DNA of 64,000 nt, taken from contig BCKZ01000008.1 of NCBI GenBank assembly GCA_001600815.1, positions 899,885-963,884 on the forward strand, in the 5' to 3' direction. Numbering within the stretch: the stretch's first letter is position 1; each line of letters starts with the position of its first letter. Position numbers and translations under genes: made by a program. This stretch comes from Alloascoidea hylecoeti. Lineage: Eukaryota. Of the stretch, positions 1 to 11,045 are shown in pieces. Under the pieces are notes generated by a model. The model was not told the origin of the DNA, made no database searches, and saw only the letters and a list, made by a program, of their open reading frames with translations.

Positions 1-444
1 CAAACCTTTCCCCTTTCTAGCACCTCTATAAATGGTTTCTATTATATCAATGATTTCCTGTTTATCCTCCAGCGGGAAATTCAGTTTATTGTTGTTTCCC
101 GTTCCAAAGTCGCACATCATATGCTTGTTTCTGAAGAAAAACATGACGGTGCACGGATCGAACAGCTCGTACATGTCGTTGAAGTCCGGCACCTCCGTGT
201 TGTCGCACAGATAAATGACGGCGAAGTTCTTCACCTTCTCCGCGATGCTGTACAGGAGCTCGTCCATTTGAAGACACTCTCTGTCCCCGTCGCTGCCAAA
301 ACGCACGACCACCAGGCGGTCCTCCTCTATCCAGTCGGTCAGTCCGTGAACGGCACCACAGCAGGCAAACAACAACTTACCGGACAAGATGGCCTGGTCC
401 ACGTGCCATCCCGTGTGCAAGTGCGGCAGAAAAATGCTTCCCAT
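1..444 (-). CDS. DIB1: U5 snRNP thioredoxin-like protein Dib1/TXNL4A; spliced; 3' end runs off the window
   Basis: Exon 1 (444-381) reads MGSIFLPHLHTGWHVDQAILS. Intron 380-327 has GTAAGT...GACTGAC...ATAG. Exon 2 (326-1) continues EEDRLVVVRFG...NKHMMCDFGTGNNNK...YRGARKGKGL, the Dim1/Dib1 signature. Confidence 0.95.
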   Translation of the reverse strand, partial: MGSIFLPHLHTGWHVDQAILSGKLLFACCGAVHGLTDWIEEDRLVVVRFGSDGDRECLQMDELLYSIAEKVKNFAVIYLCDNTEVPDFNDMYELFDPCTVMFFFRNKHMMCDFGTGNNNKLNFPLEDKQEIIDIIETIYRGARKGKGL

Positions 445-581
445 GTGGATAAATGTTTTCGGAGGCTGTGCTGCGAGGTCGTGCCGAGGTCTTGCTGAGG
501 TGAGGTGGCGGCCACGTGACGCGCCTTCGGAGATATCCGGGCCTGCAGACCTGCCCCTCCAGACCTGCCCCCCCCCCCCAG

Positions 582-1466
582 ATGCTCAGATTCGCCGTTT
601 TGGGCCCCCCGCGCGTGGGGAAATCCGCCTTCGTCTACCGCCTGGCCACCAACTGTTTCCTGGAGACCCACTATCCCACGGCCGACCCCGCGTCCGTCCT
701 CGTCTGCGCCGCCGCCGACGTGCAGGCCGAACTGGTCGACACGCGGCCCTTCGACGTGGAAACCGTGGTCCCCTTTCTGTCCAGGTCCCTCAACACCGAC
801 CAGACCAAAGCCTACTTCGGCGACCCTGGGCCTGTGGGCCGTGCGGGCTCCATCGCCACCCCGCTGCTGATCGGCAGTGGCCTGGGCACCCTGAACGCGA
901 GGATAGACGGTTATTTCTTCCTATACTCCGCGGCCCCGTCCGCCTCCGAGGATCCGCTCCTACAGCTACAGTATTTAAGATCGTCCATACGTGATGCCTG
1001 GATATCCTACTTCGAGTATCAGGACGACAAGTTAAGAACCCAGGAATCCGACATTTATAGTTTTATTGGTGGCATAAAATCTCTCTGGAGAGATCAGAAC
1101 TTGAATCAAAATCAAAAAGACTCAATCCTAAATAAATCTGCTAAAATCCTAAAATCTGAAAAAATCACTGAAAGTCATTTATCTTCTTCACAAGAAGACC
1201 CGAAAAACTATGACTCAAACAATTTAACTTCAACTGATATTCTACCTCCAATTATCATAATTGTTACCCATGTAAATCACCAAAATGCAAATCAACTTTT
1301 AATTAACAAAGGTGAAACTTTTGCAAATAAATATGGCCATGAATTTATTAAAATTGATAATTTAACTGGTTTAAATATTGATTATGCTTTACAAAAAATG
1401 ATTGATATTCAACAAAATAGAAATAAAATTAAAAATTTAAAATTAAAATTTAATTTAAACAAGTAA
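582..1466 (+). CDS. Atypical Ras-superfamily small GTPase-like protein
   Basis: First ATG at 582. N-terminal P-loop LGPPRVGKS and effector-like FLETHYPT; Ras-like C-terminal region. G3 and G4 motifs are degenerate and there is no CAAX box. Confidence 0.7.
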   Translation: MLRFAVLGPPRVGKSAFVYRLATNCFLETHYPTADPASVLVCAAADVQAELVDTRPFDVETVVPFLSRSLNTDQTKAYFGDPGPVGRAGSIATPLLIGSGLGTLNARIDGYFFLYSAAPSASEDPLLQLQYLRSSIRDAWISYFEYQDDKLRTQESDIYSFIGGIKSLWRDQNLNQNQKDSILNKSAKILKSEKITESHLSSSQEDPKNYDSNNLTSTDILPPIIIIVTHVNHQNANQLLINKGETFANKYGHEFIKIDNLTGLNIDYALQKMIDIQQNRNKIKNLKLKFNLNK

Positions 1467-2587
1467 ACAAGTAAACAAGTACAATAACACATGAACGATG
1501 CTAATAGTTAATAGTTCAACTTTTTTTATATATTTATTTATGCTCTTTATTTATTATGTTTTGTTGTTGCTTTTCTTAATCTTAGATCTTTGATGTCGTA
1601 TATGCAAGTTGATCGTTAAACTCAATATAAATTGTAATATCATAACCACAAACAAAAAACAATTCAAACCCCATTCTAAATATTATATTCAGATTTAATA
1701 AAAGCATTCCATATATCGATTTAATAGACGTTTAAATTCATTAAGATGATAAACTTGACACATATTATGAACTACTAGTAAGGTATTGAAAAAATATAAG
1801 AATGATGAAATATGGTATGCATTGTATGTACTATGAAGAGACAAATTCTGACCTGATGTTTAGCGAAATATTACTTCTTTCGAATTCTTATTCCTTTTCA
1901 TCTTTGATTAACTAACAACTTATTACTATTAAAATGGTCTGCTTTGTTTGCTTTGTTTTTTTTAAGAATGACCAAACAAAAATTAGATTAATATATAATT
2001 TTTGTTAGTTAAGCCATGGCCATGGAATGCCTGTGGCTGGGTGGTGTCTAATAAGATCTCATTTGAAATCGAGAACCATCTCATTACGTGATGGTCCCGT
2101 AGGATTCTGTAGAGACAGCTGTTGAAGGCTAATAATTATAAATTAGACAGTTAGCCTAGAGAGGAAGATGGTCTACGAAATAACTGTAACTGTATAATTA
2201 CTTAGTATAACATAAATTTATTTAAAACTTCACTATAAAGCTAGAACCTTAGAAGAATTTTGGATTATATATAATTATAAGATCTAATCTATTTTGATAG
2301 GAACATTTGAACATTTGAGTTGGTGGTGGTTCAAGAAAAAAAATAGTGAAATCGAAATTTAAAGTGTTAAATTTACAACAAGTTAGAAGGACTTGGGAAA
2401 TTTGAGCCGACTATAATTTAATTACTTCACGTACTATGAAGATGATGAAGTTCCGTATATTAAAAATTCCGATACTTTTACAAATCAAACAATTAATTGC
2501 TTCCTTGCTTGGTTGATAAAAATTGGAATTAAAGAAGGCTTATTAAATTTCTTCCTTATAAGTGAGATCAAAATATAAATATAAAAG

Positions 2588-3018
2588 CTAATTGCTGGCA
2601 GAACTTAATAACCCCGTTAAGTTATACTCCAAATTATTCTTAATCCTTCCATCTTCAGTGTACCTTTTCACGCAATACATTGACCATACTAAAAAGGAAT
2701 ATAAGATGGTTAGACAAATATATAAATTTAAATGATACATGGGGAAACAAAGTTCCAAAACTTACAATAATTTGAGAACTTCCTACCAAAGAACTTCCCT
2801 GCAAAAGGAACCAAAATTAAAGAAACAAGATCCTCCAATTGTCTCAAGGACTCTTCCCATTCAGCTTGAGCATCAGATAACTCATCTTCATCTTCATAAT
2901 ATTCATCGTCATCATAAGCTTGAGGCAGATCCAAATTAACACCTAATGGATATGCAAAAGTGGCAGGATCGCCGAAGCTTCCTTGAGTACCACCAATCCC
3001 ACTATTAACTGAATCCAT
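2588..3018 (-). CDS. MIM2: Mitochondrial import protein Mim2; spliced
   Basis: Exon 1 (3018-2766) has an acidic stretch then SDAQAEWEESLRQLEDLVSLILVPFAGKFFGRKF (Mim2 motif). Intron 2765-2689 has GTAAGT...TCTAAC...TTTTAG. Exon 2 reads LWSMYCVKR... to TAG at 2588. Confidence 0.85.
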
Positions 3019-3129
3019 AATTTGTGAAAAGCTGAAGAATTTGTTAATAACCAAAGGAGCTTGAGTTATTTAACAAAACAGTACAGAGTTATTGTAAATA
3101 GTCAAATGATGTAAATTGAACCTTCAAGA

Positions 3130-3194
3130 TTACGTAATGATGACAAACATGTGTTATCTGAAAAGAAATTTTTTGAAATTTTTTGAAATTTTTT
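3130..3194. promoter_or_regulatory. TTACGTAA palindrome plus three tandem GAAATTTTTT (RRPE-like) in the MIM2/TRM1 divergent promoter
   Basis: TTACGTAA at 3130-3137; 10-bp units start at 3165, 3175 and 3185. Confidence 0.4.
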
Positions 3195-3227
3195 GAAACT
3201 TTTTTTTTTTTTTTTTTTAAGGCCTTG

Positions 3228-5024
3228 ATGCAACCATTGACATTTAAATTTTTAAGAAAAGTTAGTGGTTTTACAATTTATTCCTTCAAAAGCAATCATA
3301 TTACTAAAATTCAATCGAGAAATATTTACTTCTCACCATTTGATATTAAAAGTAAAGATAATAACATAGATATAAAAATTATGACAGAAAAAACTCAAAA
3401 TACATCAACAGATGAACAAAACCCAACAATAGTTGATGGTTTTACAGCAGTTACTGAAGGAAAGGCAACAGTATTATTTTCAAATAAAAATAAAAATGAT
3501 GTTTTTTATAATCCAGTTCAACAATTTAATAGAGATTTAAGTATCACAGCAATTAGAGCATGGAGTGAATTATTTTTGGAAGATCAAAAAGAAAGAGGAG
3601 AAAGAAATAAATTATTAAGAGAAAAAAATAAGAAAAAAAGAAAAAATAATGACACTGATGATATTCAAGAAAATAAAAAAGTTATAAATACAGATCGTGA
3701 ACCAATTGCAATTACAACATCATCAGTAGAAAATGGTAATGATGATAATGGTAAACGTGAACAAAAACCATTCATTACAATAATGGAAGCACTTTCTGCT
3801 TCTGGATTAAGGGCTATAAGATATGCAAAAGAAATCCCTTATATTAAAGAAGTTATCGCAAATGATTTTTCTGCATCCGCAGTTGCTAATATCAAACGAA
3901 ATGTTGAAAATAACAACGTTGAAAATATAGTCACACCAAATCAAGCTGATGCAAATATTGCAATGTATTTAAAAAAAGATACCCAAATGTCATGTGTTGA
4001 TCTTGATCCATATGGTACAGCAGCTCCATTTATTGATGCTGCTGTACAATCAGTCGCTAATGGTGGGTTATTATTAGTAACATGCACTGATCTTGCTGTT
4101 TTAGCTGGAAATTCATATCCTGAAAAATGTTTTGCTTTATATGGTGGTACACCTGTTTGGGGTGCTGGAGGACATGAATCTGCTTTAAGATTAGTACTTA
4201 ATATGATTGCAACCACTGCTTCAAAGCATAAAAGATCAATTGAACCTGTTTTATCATTTTCAATTGATTTTTACGTCAGAGTATTTGTTAGAATACGTCA
4301 TTCACCTGCTGAAGTTAAACATTTACATTCAAAAACAATGATTGTTTATCGTTGTTCTGGATGTAAAGCAGTTGTGCCTCAACCATTAGGTAAATCATCA
4401 CAATTTGGAACTAAACCAACTAGATTTTCTAATGCTCAAGGACCAACTGTTGGTACACACTGTGAACATTGTGGATCTGTTCATCACATTAATGGTCCAA
4501 TGTGGGGAGGTCAACTACATGATAAAAAATTTATTTCAAAAATGCTAGAAATTCAAGAAACTTTAGATCCAGAAGTATATGGAACATTACCAAGAATAAA
4601 AGGCATGTTAACTTTAGCTCAAGATGAAATTGAAGCACCACTTTATTTCGAACCCGATACAATGGCTCATACTTTAAAATGTACAACACCACCAAATCGT
4701 CATTTCATATCAGCACTTACAAATGCTGGCTATGAAGCATCAATGACACATGCAAAAGCATCAGCTATAAAAACTAATGCTCCAACTGGTGTTATATGGG
4801 ATATATTGAAAACATGGATTAAAGATCATCCAATTAATGAAAATAATAAAAATGATAATTCTCCTGGTGCAAAAATACTTCTTTCAGAATTAAAAGAAAA
4901 ATATTCTTTTACACCAACTGAAAGAACAAAAGAAATTGAAGATTTGAAAAATTCAAAAATCGTAAGATTTCAAGTAAATCCAACTAAATTTTGGGGTCCT
5001 AAATCGAAAGCTTCTCTAAATTAA
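3228..5024 (+). CDS. TRM1: tRNA (guanine26-N2,N2)-dimethyltransferase
   Basis: Motifs VFYNPVQQFNRDLS, EALSASGLRAIRY, DLDPYG, VTCTD and C-terminal FQVNPTKFWGPK. First ATG at 3228, second in-frame ATG at 3381. Confidence 0.96.
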   Translation: MQPLTFKFLRKVSGFTIYSFKSNHITKIQSRNIYFSPFDIKSKDNNIDIKIMTEKTQNTSTDEQNPTIVDGFTAVTEGKATVLFSNKNKNDVFYNPVQQFNRDLSITAIRAWSELFLEDQKERGERNKLLREKNKKKRKNNDTDDIQENKKVINTDREPIAITTSSVENGNDDNGKREQKPFITIMEALSASGLRAIRYAKEIPYIKEVIANDFSASAVANIKRNVENNNVENIVTPNQADANIAMYLKKDTQMSCVDLDPYGTAAPFIDAAVQSVANGGLLLVTCTDLAVLAGNSYPEKCFALYGGTPVWGAGGHESALRLVLNMIATTASKHKRSIEPVLSFSIDFYVRVFVRIRHSPAEVKHLHSKTMIVYRCSGCKAVVPQPLGKSSQFGTKPTRFSNAQGPTVGTHCEHCGSVHHINGPMWGGQLHDKKFISKMLEIQETLDPEVYGTLPRIKGMLTLAQDEIEAPLYFEPDTMAHTLKCTTPPNRHFISALTNAGYEASMTHAKASAIKTNAPTGVIWDILKTWIKDHPINENNKNDNSPGAKILLSELKEKYSFTPTERTKEIEDLKNSKIVRFQVNPTKFWGPKSKASLN

Positions 5025-6054
5025 TTTGTAAATAAAACATATGTTGTATATAAAATATATTCTGGATCAAAATCAAATGAAGATGGTAGAGGACTTTTTA
5101 ACAGTGACTATAATTAATGGATTCAACGATATTACATTCTATGTATGTCAAAATTTAGAACAAGAAATACATTAGACATGAGCTTAGATTAGAGTAGAAA
5201 CGGATATCTAGAAGGTGGGTTGGTTAATTGAGAATATATCCCACTAGATACTGATGATGATGATACACCATCCAGCTGTAAACTATAATTATGGCATATT
5301 AACTTCCCCGATAGTTAAATTGAAAGAGATAATTATGCTTATTTACTCTAATAATAAGGATAAAAGTGTGAATGTTCTTCATCATATATCATATGTACAC
5401 AGAACTCCGAATTGCCACCAATATTGCCATCAATATAATAGCTATACCGGTAACCTATTATAGAGGAGTTGGGTACGTAAAGTTTAATTTGGACTGAAAC
5501 TTTAAGCTGGGGATGATTCACAAACCACAGCATTCCTTATAATAAAATAAATCTTATGAAGAATCGCTATAGACTTGGTACTTTTAAACATAATACGCGA
5601 CAAAAAGTTATAAAAGATCAAATTCTGAAACACTAAACAGGTCCTATAATATATATGAATTTCAACATATAAGCTTTAGGAATAGGGAGAGCTTGAGTAT
5701 AATTTAATTAATTAAAGATGATAAAGATCTCCGTTGTAATCATAATATAGTCTATATCGATTGAAAATGAAAAGCGGATCAGAAAGGGTAGGGTGTCTCT
5801 ATTTATAGCTACATTTAACATACACTAACTATTTATAGTTATAAATGAGTTTCTATGATATTATTTTATTAACATAATACATATATGAAGAAATGCACAC
5901 AATCCCAAAAAGGTTATAAAAAAAAAGTATATACTCATACTAGCCATAAATGAATAATAAATGAATAGTAAATGATAATGAATAAAGAATAAATAATGAA
6001 TAATGAATAAATAAGTAATATCTTGAGATTATTTCCCAATTATATTTAATAATT

Positions 6055-7170
6055 TTAATAGGTTTCTTCTTCCTCATATAATATTGGTAAAACTCTTGCG
6101 ACACAAATTGAAGTATCATCAAGTTTACCGCCATAAACAAGAGAATTTTTATTAAGCGGTGAAGTACTAATTCTTTGAGAATAAGGTGTCACGGCATAAT
6201 TATCATAAGCAGATTCATAAACTTCATACATTAATTTATCAGAAATTTCTTGTAATGATTTCTTCTCTTTTAAACCCCAGTTTATATATTCTTCAATTTC
6301 ACATGGCCAAAGGTTATCAGATAAACCATCAGAAGCAGCAATAATGATATCATTTGGTTCAAGTTTTGAAGATTTGAAAAACCCTAATGATGAAGGATAT
6401 AATTTTGTGTTTGTACCAACTTGTCTTGGACAACCATTAATGGAGGTACAAGTTTTATTCGTTTCGATAATTTTGCCATCTCTTATAACATAGATTTTGC
6501 TATCGCCTATACTTGCCGTATGTAATCTGTCTCCCGCTATAACTGAAATTAAAATAGTAGATGAGCCTTGTAAGTTTGCCTTTAACATTTTCTTTCTTGT
6601 GACGGAGTATGCGTTATCAAGACAGGCAATCAAGTAGTCTAAATTAGAACGCGGTTGTTGAAATCTTTTGTGTAACTGTTGATGTGTATTACCAAGTAAT
6701 AAAGTAGCCCATAAAGAGGCATTTCCATTTGGAATGGGACCCCAGCTTGTTACGCCATCAGCTATAGCAATTAAAGAGTCTGAAACCAGAAGGGCATCAT
6801 CACCAGTTGATCTAAACAGGGTAGATTGATTGGAATAAGTATCAAGAGGGAAATGGTCCATGGCATCGAGACATTCACTAAGAGCACGCGCATCCATGTC
6901 ATGGTAGGCCTGTGTGGCAGCAGCAAATTCAAATGCAAATTTTTGAGGATGTGCTATATTATTAAAAGAGGTTCTTGAATAAACACCTATTGGTTGATGA
7001 TTGTGGTAGCGTTGATCGGTTTTATCTTCTTCTCGTCTTTCCTGCATTTCATAAGCATAAAGGTTCCTTGTTGTTGTTTCTAATGCTTTAACAAGACTAT
7101 TTTTGCCATTTGAAAGTACTTTAACAAAGCCAGATTTTTTCATACTTTGTGATATTTGTAAACTAGTCAT
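6055..7170 (-). CDS. PTC7: PP2C-family protein phosphatase, Ptc7-like
   Basis: Metal-binding motifs TGDDA, IADGVTSW, GSST, IGDS, SDGLSDNL and GGKLDD. Confidence 0.8.
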   Translation of the reverse strand: MTSLQISQSMKKSGFVKVLSNGKNSLVKALETTTRNLYAYEMQERREEDKTDQRYHNHQPIGVYSRTSFNNIAHPQKFAFEFAAATQAYHDMDARALSECLDAMDHFPLDTYSNQSTLFRSTGDDALLVSDSLIAIADGVTSWGPIPNGNASLWATLLLGNTHQQLHKRFQQPRSNLDYLIACLDNAYSVTRKKMLKANLQGSSTILISVIAGDRLHTASIGDSKIYVIRDGKIIETNKTCTSINGCPRQVGTNTKLYPSSLGFFKSSKLEPNDIIIAASDGLSDNLWPCEIEEYINWGLKEKKSLQEISDKLMYEVYESAYDNYAVTPYSQRISTSPLNKNSLVYGGKLDDTSICVARVLPILYEEEETY

Positions 7171-7949
7171 AATGAATTCATTAATTAAAGTAAAAAATTT
7201 AAAAAAAAAAATTAAACCTGAAAATTAATAGAAAAGAAGTTGCTTAAAAGTGAAAAGTAAAAACGTTTAAATTTAGGTAGGGAATATTAAAATTTTAATC
7301 CTCTTCGATGGAAAACTAAAAATAATTGAAGCAACTTTGCCCTTTTAGGAAATTTCATACACACACACAACCCTTCATTTTTTCCTAAGTTTTTCCTTAC
7401 TTTATAGAGTTTTCTGAAAAGTTATACAGTTAAACTTAATTATTAAAAGGCCATATATTGAAAGGAAAAGTCGCGCGACGTCTTCTCGACTTCTCAAAAG
7501 TAGATATCCAACATAAATATTACGATTAATACCTTTTGTGGTTGCAGTTACATATCATTGAGGACAATCAATTAATATTACATATCTACCCTGAAAACCC
7601 CGTTTATTATTAGTTTATATTGCATATCATGTAAGGAGGTAACGGTTTTATGGTGATTCTTGTGGATCTTATGTAGCACATGTCACTCAAAATGAATCAT
7701 TTTTAGAAAATCAAAACATTTTCAACACTCCTTGCAGAAAATGAGACCGCACTACCAAAATCATTTCAATTATATATAAATGGCAAATCTAAATCGTATG
7801 GTTCCAAATTAATTCTTGTACTTTTCTCTCAAATTATTTCTCCCTATTCCTTAACAAGATTTCATGCAGAAAAAAGTTGTTCGTTTTGAGTGGCCCGCAC
7901 CATATAAGCCTTATGGTTATCCAGCTAATTCCGCTGTTGATAAAGAGTA

Positions 7950-9330
7950 CAGTAGTTCAAAAGCCACACTCCAAAATAGAAACCTCGTACTCATCTTCAA
8001 CAATGGCGATAACAAAAAGAAACCTCAAATCTCTTGAATCGAGAGATAAGGAAGCGAAAGATACTAATATCCACCGAAGGAAGTCAATCAATACATCAAT
8101 TAGACAAATGGCAAGCGGCTCTAGATCTAGTTATGGAATAAACGGCGGACAATCCACACCACCAGCTAAAGAAGTATACCAAACTATGTCAAACGATGAA
8201 GAGAATCTTTTTGTTGCTTAGATCAAACTGGTTGACCGAAGATATTCAAGACATGATGAGGACCCTGTACCCTGTACCCAGTACCCAGCACCCAAGAACA
8301 TTGTGTGAGTGCTAAACGTGTGGGTGGGTTTCTCAAGGAATCAGAGGATTTCTATCAAAAAGAGCAAAAGGATTAGGCGCGTTCTGGTTTCTTAGTAGTA
8401 ATCAAACACACCAACTCGGAAGGTCATCGAAAATGGACATTCTTCACTTGTTTCGTTCTTTCTGATGGAAACCTATACTGTCAATAGATATTTCCTAGTA
8501 ATAAAGCTCAACTGATCTTGGTGTTGGACCTTACCTGTTTTAGTCTGTTGAAAATAGAGTTTCACAGGTAGTACGCACGAAAGATGCTGAAAAATAAAAA
8601 GAACTTTAAGTTGGGCACCACTACCATGATAAAGTTCTAGGTGCTTATTTCTCCCAGTTACACCATAAAAATACTCTCAGTATCTTTATATTCTAAACTT
8701 TTCTTATTAGAGTTTTCTTCAGATTTGTTTTTAGCCTCATCTTGTGCTTTCTTAATTGGAAAGTTCTAATAAATATGATTCTTTCAGCACAAGATGAAGC
8801 TAAAAGCAAATCTGAAGAAGTCTCTAATTAGAAAAGTTTAGAACATAAATATTTAACTAGAGTTTCCTGAAAATTGGAATTGGCCGTTTAATGCGAGCAT
8901 GGCAGTTAAGTTTGTTTTCACGGATACGTCATCACGAAAAGTAACCTGTTAAAACTCGATGAAGAATACAAAAGAGTTTTATCGAAAATTAGACTTGTTG
9001 ATGTGGGAATGGCTACTACTTGTGGAATACATGCAAGATGGAGAATTATTGAGAAGTGAGCGACAAATCTTTCTATTTCTAGACTTAAACACCTGGATCT
9101 CTTTCAAAAACACATGAGGTAATTGAGAAACGGTAGGAGGGGCAGTCGTCAATGCCAAGTTTCTCAATGGAAATTCAATACTTCGTTATGTGCAAGTAAG
9201 AGGAAAACTTCTCGAAATGGAAATGAATACGATCAAAAAACTGGGTGAAAAAAGAAGAAACTCTCAAACTTTGAGTTGAGAACAAGAACTTGAAACAAAA
9301 TTTCCAGGAGAATCTATTAGGATAAGTTAG
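7950..9330 (+). mobile_element. Heavily decayed DNA transposon relic (pogo/Fot1-like); same family as the 58100-59400 relic
   Basis: 8147-8182 matches the reverse complement of 59042-59077 (32/36). 8977-8993 matches the reverse complement of 58374-58390 (17/17). A frameshifted SFLKIGI-WPFN remnant near 8860-8895 resembles the C-terminal GIWPFN motif of DDE_1 transposases. Boundaries are approximate. Confidence 0.55.
8691..8843. repeat. Inverted repeat with 58-bp arms and a 37-nt spacer
   Basis: 8691-8748 versus the reverse complement of 8786-8843: 53/58 identical. Confidence 0.9.
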
Positions 9331-9599
9331 TTTTTATATACATAATATCTAGTGAATTCATATTTATTTGTGTTGTTGGTTGTTTTAGTACAGTAAACAC
9401 TTGTTTTTTAATGCGATATACCCCTGGCCTGTGCGAAAACAATTGAGATAGATACGCTTAGGTATAATAATGTAATCTAAGTAACTCTGTTGTTATTAAT
9501 CAATAAGAAGATATATGGTATACTACTTGATAATACTACAGTTGAACGTACAAACATTTACAATAAATAATATCTCAAAGGACATACTATATTTGAATC

Positions 9600-11045
9600 A
9601 CTTATCAGGTTGTGATTTGATAACTGAGTGAATCTCCTTAAATATGCATTTTCATCTCCTCCATAAGTTGAGTCTTAGCTATCTCATCTTTTTTGTATTA
9701 AATTTGTATTTGTTTTACCATCACAAACTTTGTTATTAGTTTCTTCATGGGTGGCTTTGGCTTTATCAAGTGATAATTCACCTTCTGGACCCTTTTTTAT
9801 TCTCATCCAGAATGTTTTCCTTATCTTGTAGCTTGTTAAAGAGAACTGACAGTTGGTTGTAGTGGGTAATACCTAATACCAAGAAATTCATCATTTTGGA
9901 ATCGATGTGATTTTGATTCTCTCGAGTAAACTACTTAGCTTACCTCATGCAAATATCTTTTCCAAGGAGAGAAAAAAGAAACACCAAGAATTTGTGACAT
10001 CTCAGGTGAGTGCATGTGTCAGAAGAGTGTAAGTTATGTGGGCAAGTGACGAACTATTTCTTCGTCTCCTCCTCTCTGAGATCTTTAGACCATGGATTCT
10101 AGAATTTTTTTGATTTAAAAATAATCATGAGAGGGAATGGAATCACTTATGACATGGACAACAGAATTACAAGTGTTGAGTTCTCACTCTAGGGATCAAC
10201 CAAAGAATAGATGGAAATTTCACTGGAACCATCATCTTTCTGGATTTCCTGATATCTTCAAGAATGCAACTAGTCTCCTCCGCATTGTAAATGTTTCGTG
10301 GCTTGTTATATTTGTCACATAACCACCTCACTCATTTGAACCAGTTGTAAGAGTACTGGTTAGAAATCTTCATCCATTTCCAAGAATCTATAAGGATCAA
10401 AATCCCGAGGCAACTGTCAAACAATCCTTTCACATTCATCTGAAATGACCGTGACTTGTTAATATGTAATATTGGTCATTTACCTAGAGCTAAATGTCTA
10501 TTTGTTGTTAATGAACTCTGTAAAGTTAAATCAACTCGCGTCTGGATATAACAATCATTAATAATGGTAGTGATTTTTCAACAGTCGCGTTCTGTCATTT
10601 CCCAAATGTTCNNNNNNNNNNNNNNNNNNNNNNNNNNNNNNNNNNNNNNNNNNNNNNNNNNNNNNNNNNNNNNNNNNNNNNNNNNNNNNNNNNNNNNNNN
10701 NNNNNNNNNNNNNNNNNNNNNNNNNNNNNNNNNNNNNNNNNNNNNNNNNNNNNNNNNNNNNNNNNNNNNNNNNNNNNNNNNNNNNNNNNNNNNNNNNNNN
10801 NNNNNNNNNNNNNNNNNNNNNNNNNNNNNNNNNNNNNNNNNNNNNNNNNNNNNNNNNNNNNNNNNNNNNNNNNNNNNNNNNNNNNNNNNNNNNNTTTTTT
10901 CATTTCTACTCCTTCGTGAGTGACGCCTTTTAGAATCTTGTTACAAACTAGATTAGGGATCTCCCATGCATAAACAGTAGTGCTATATAATTTCAAACGT
11001 CAGTTGTTCATTTTATGCTTTGAATTGAGGTTTTGCCATGATGGT
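9600..11045 (-). mobile_element. Decayed pogo/Fot1 (DDE_1) transposase pseudogene spanning the assembly gap
   Basis: The minus strand reads YNWFK*VRWLCDKYNKPRNIYNAEETS (cf. NIYNxDETG; ~10269-10295) and PLMIIFKSK (cf. PPxIIFKGK; ~10110-10135). An HTH-like WEIPNLVCNKILKG lies beyond the gap. Many stops and frameshifts; boundaries approximate. Confidence 0.65.
10612..10893. other. Assembly gap (282 N)
   Basis: Run of n characters. Confidence 1.

Noticed and set aside
32..994. Several overlapping ORFs (121-498, 339-671, 389-994 and others)
   Set aside because: Shadow frames of spliced DIB1 and the Ras-like gene in stop-poor GC-rich DNA.
1802..1856. ATGATGA...CTGA, possible C/D snoRNA
   Set aside because: Too short, and no convincing rRNA-complementary guide.
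2120..2380. TGTTG...CAACA solo-LTR-like segment (similarly 5042-5667)
   Set aside because: No target-site duplication and no second copy in the window.
10564..10996. ORFs spanning poly-X
   Set aside because: Artefacts of the N gap.
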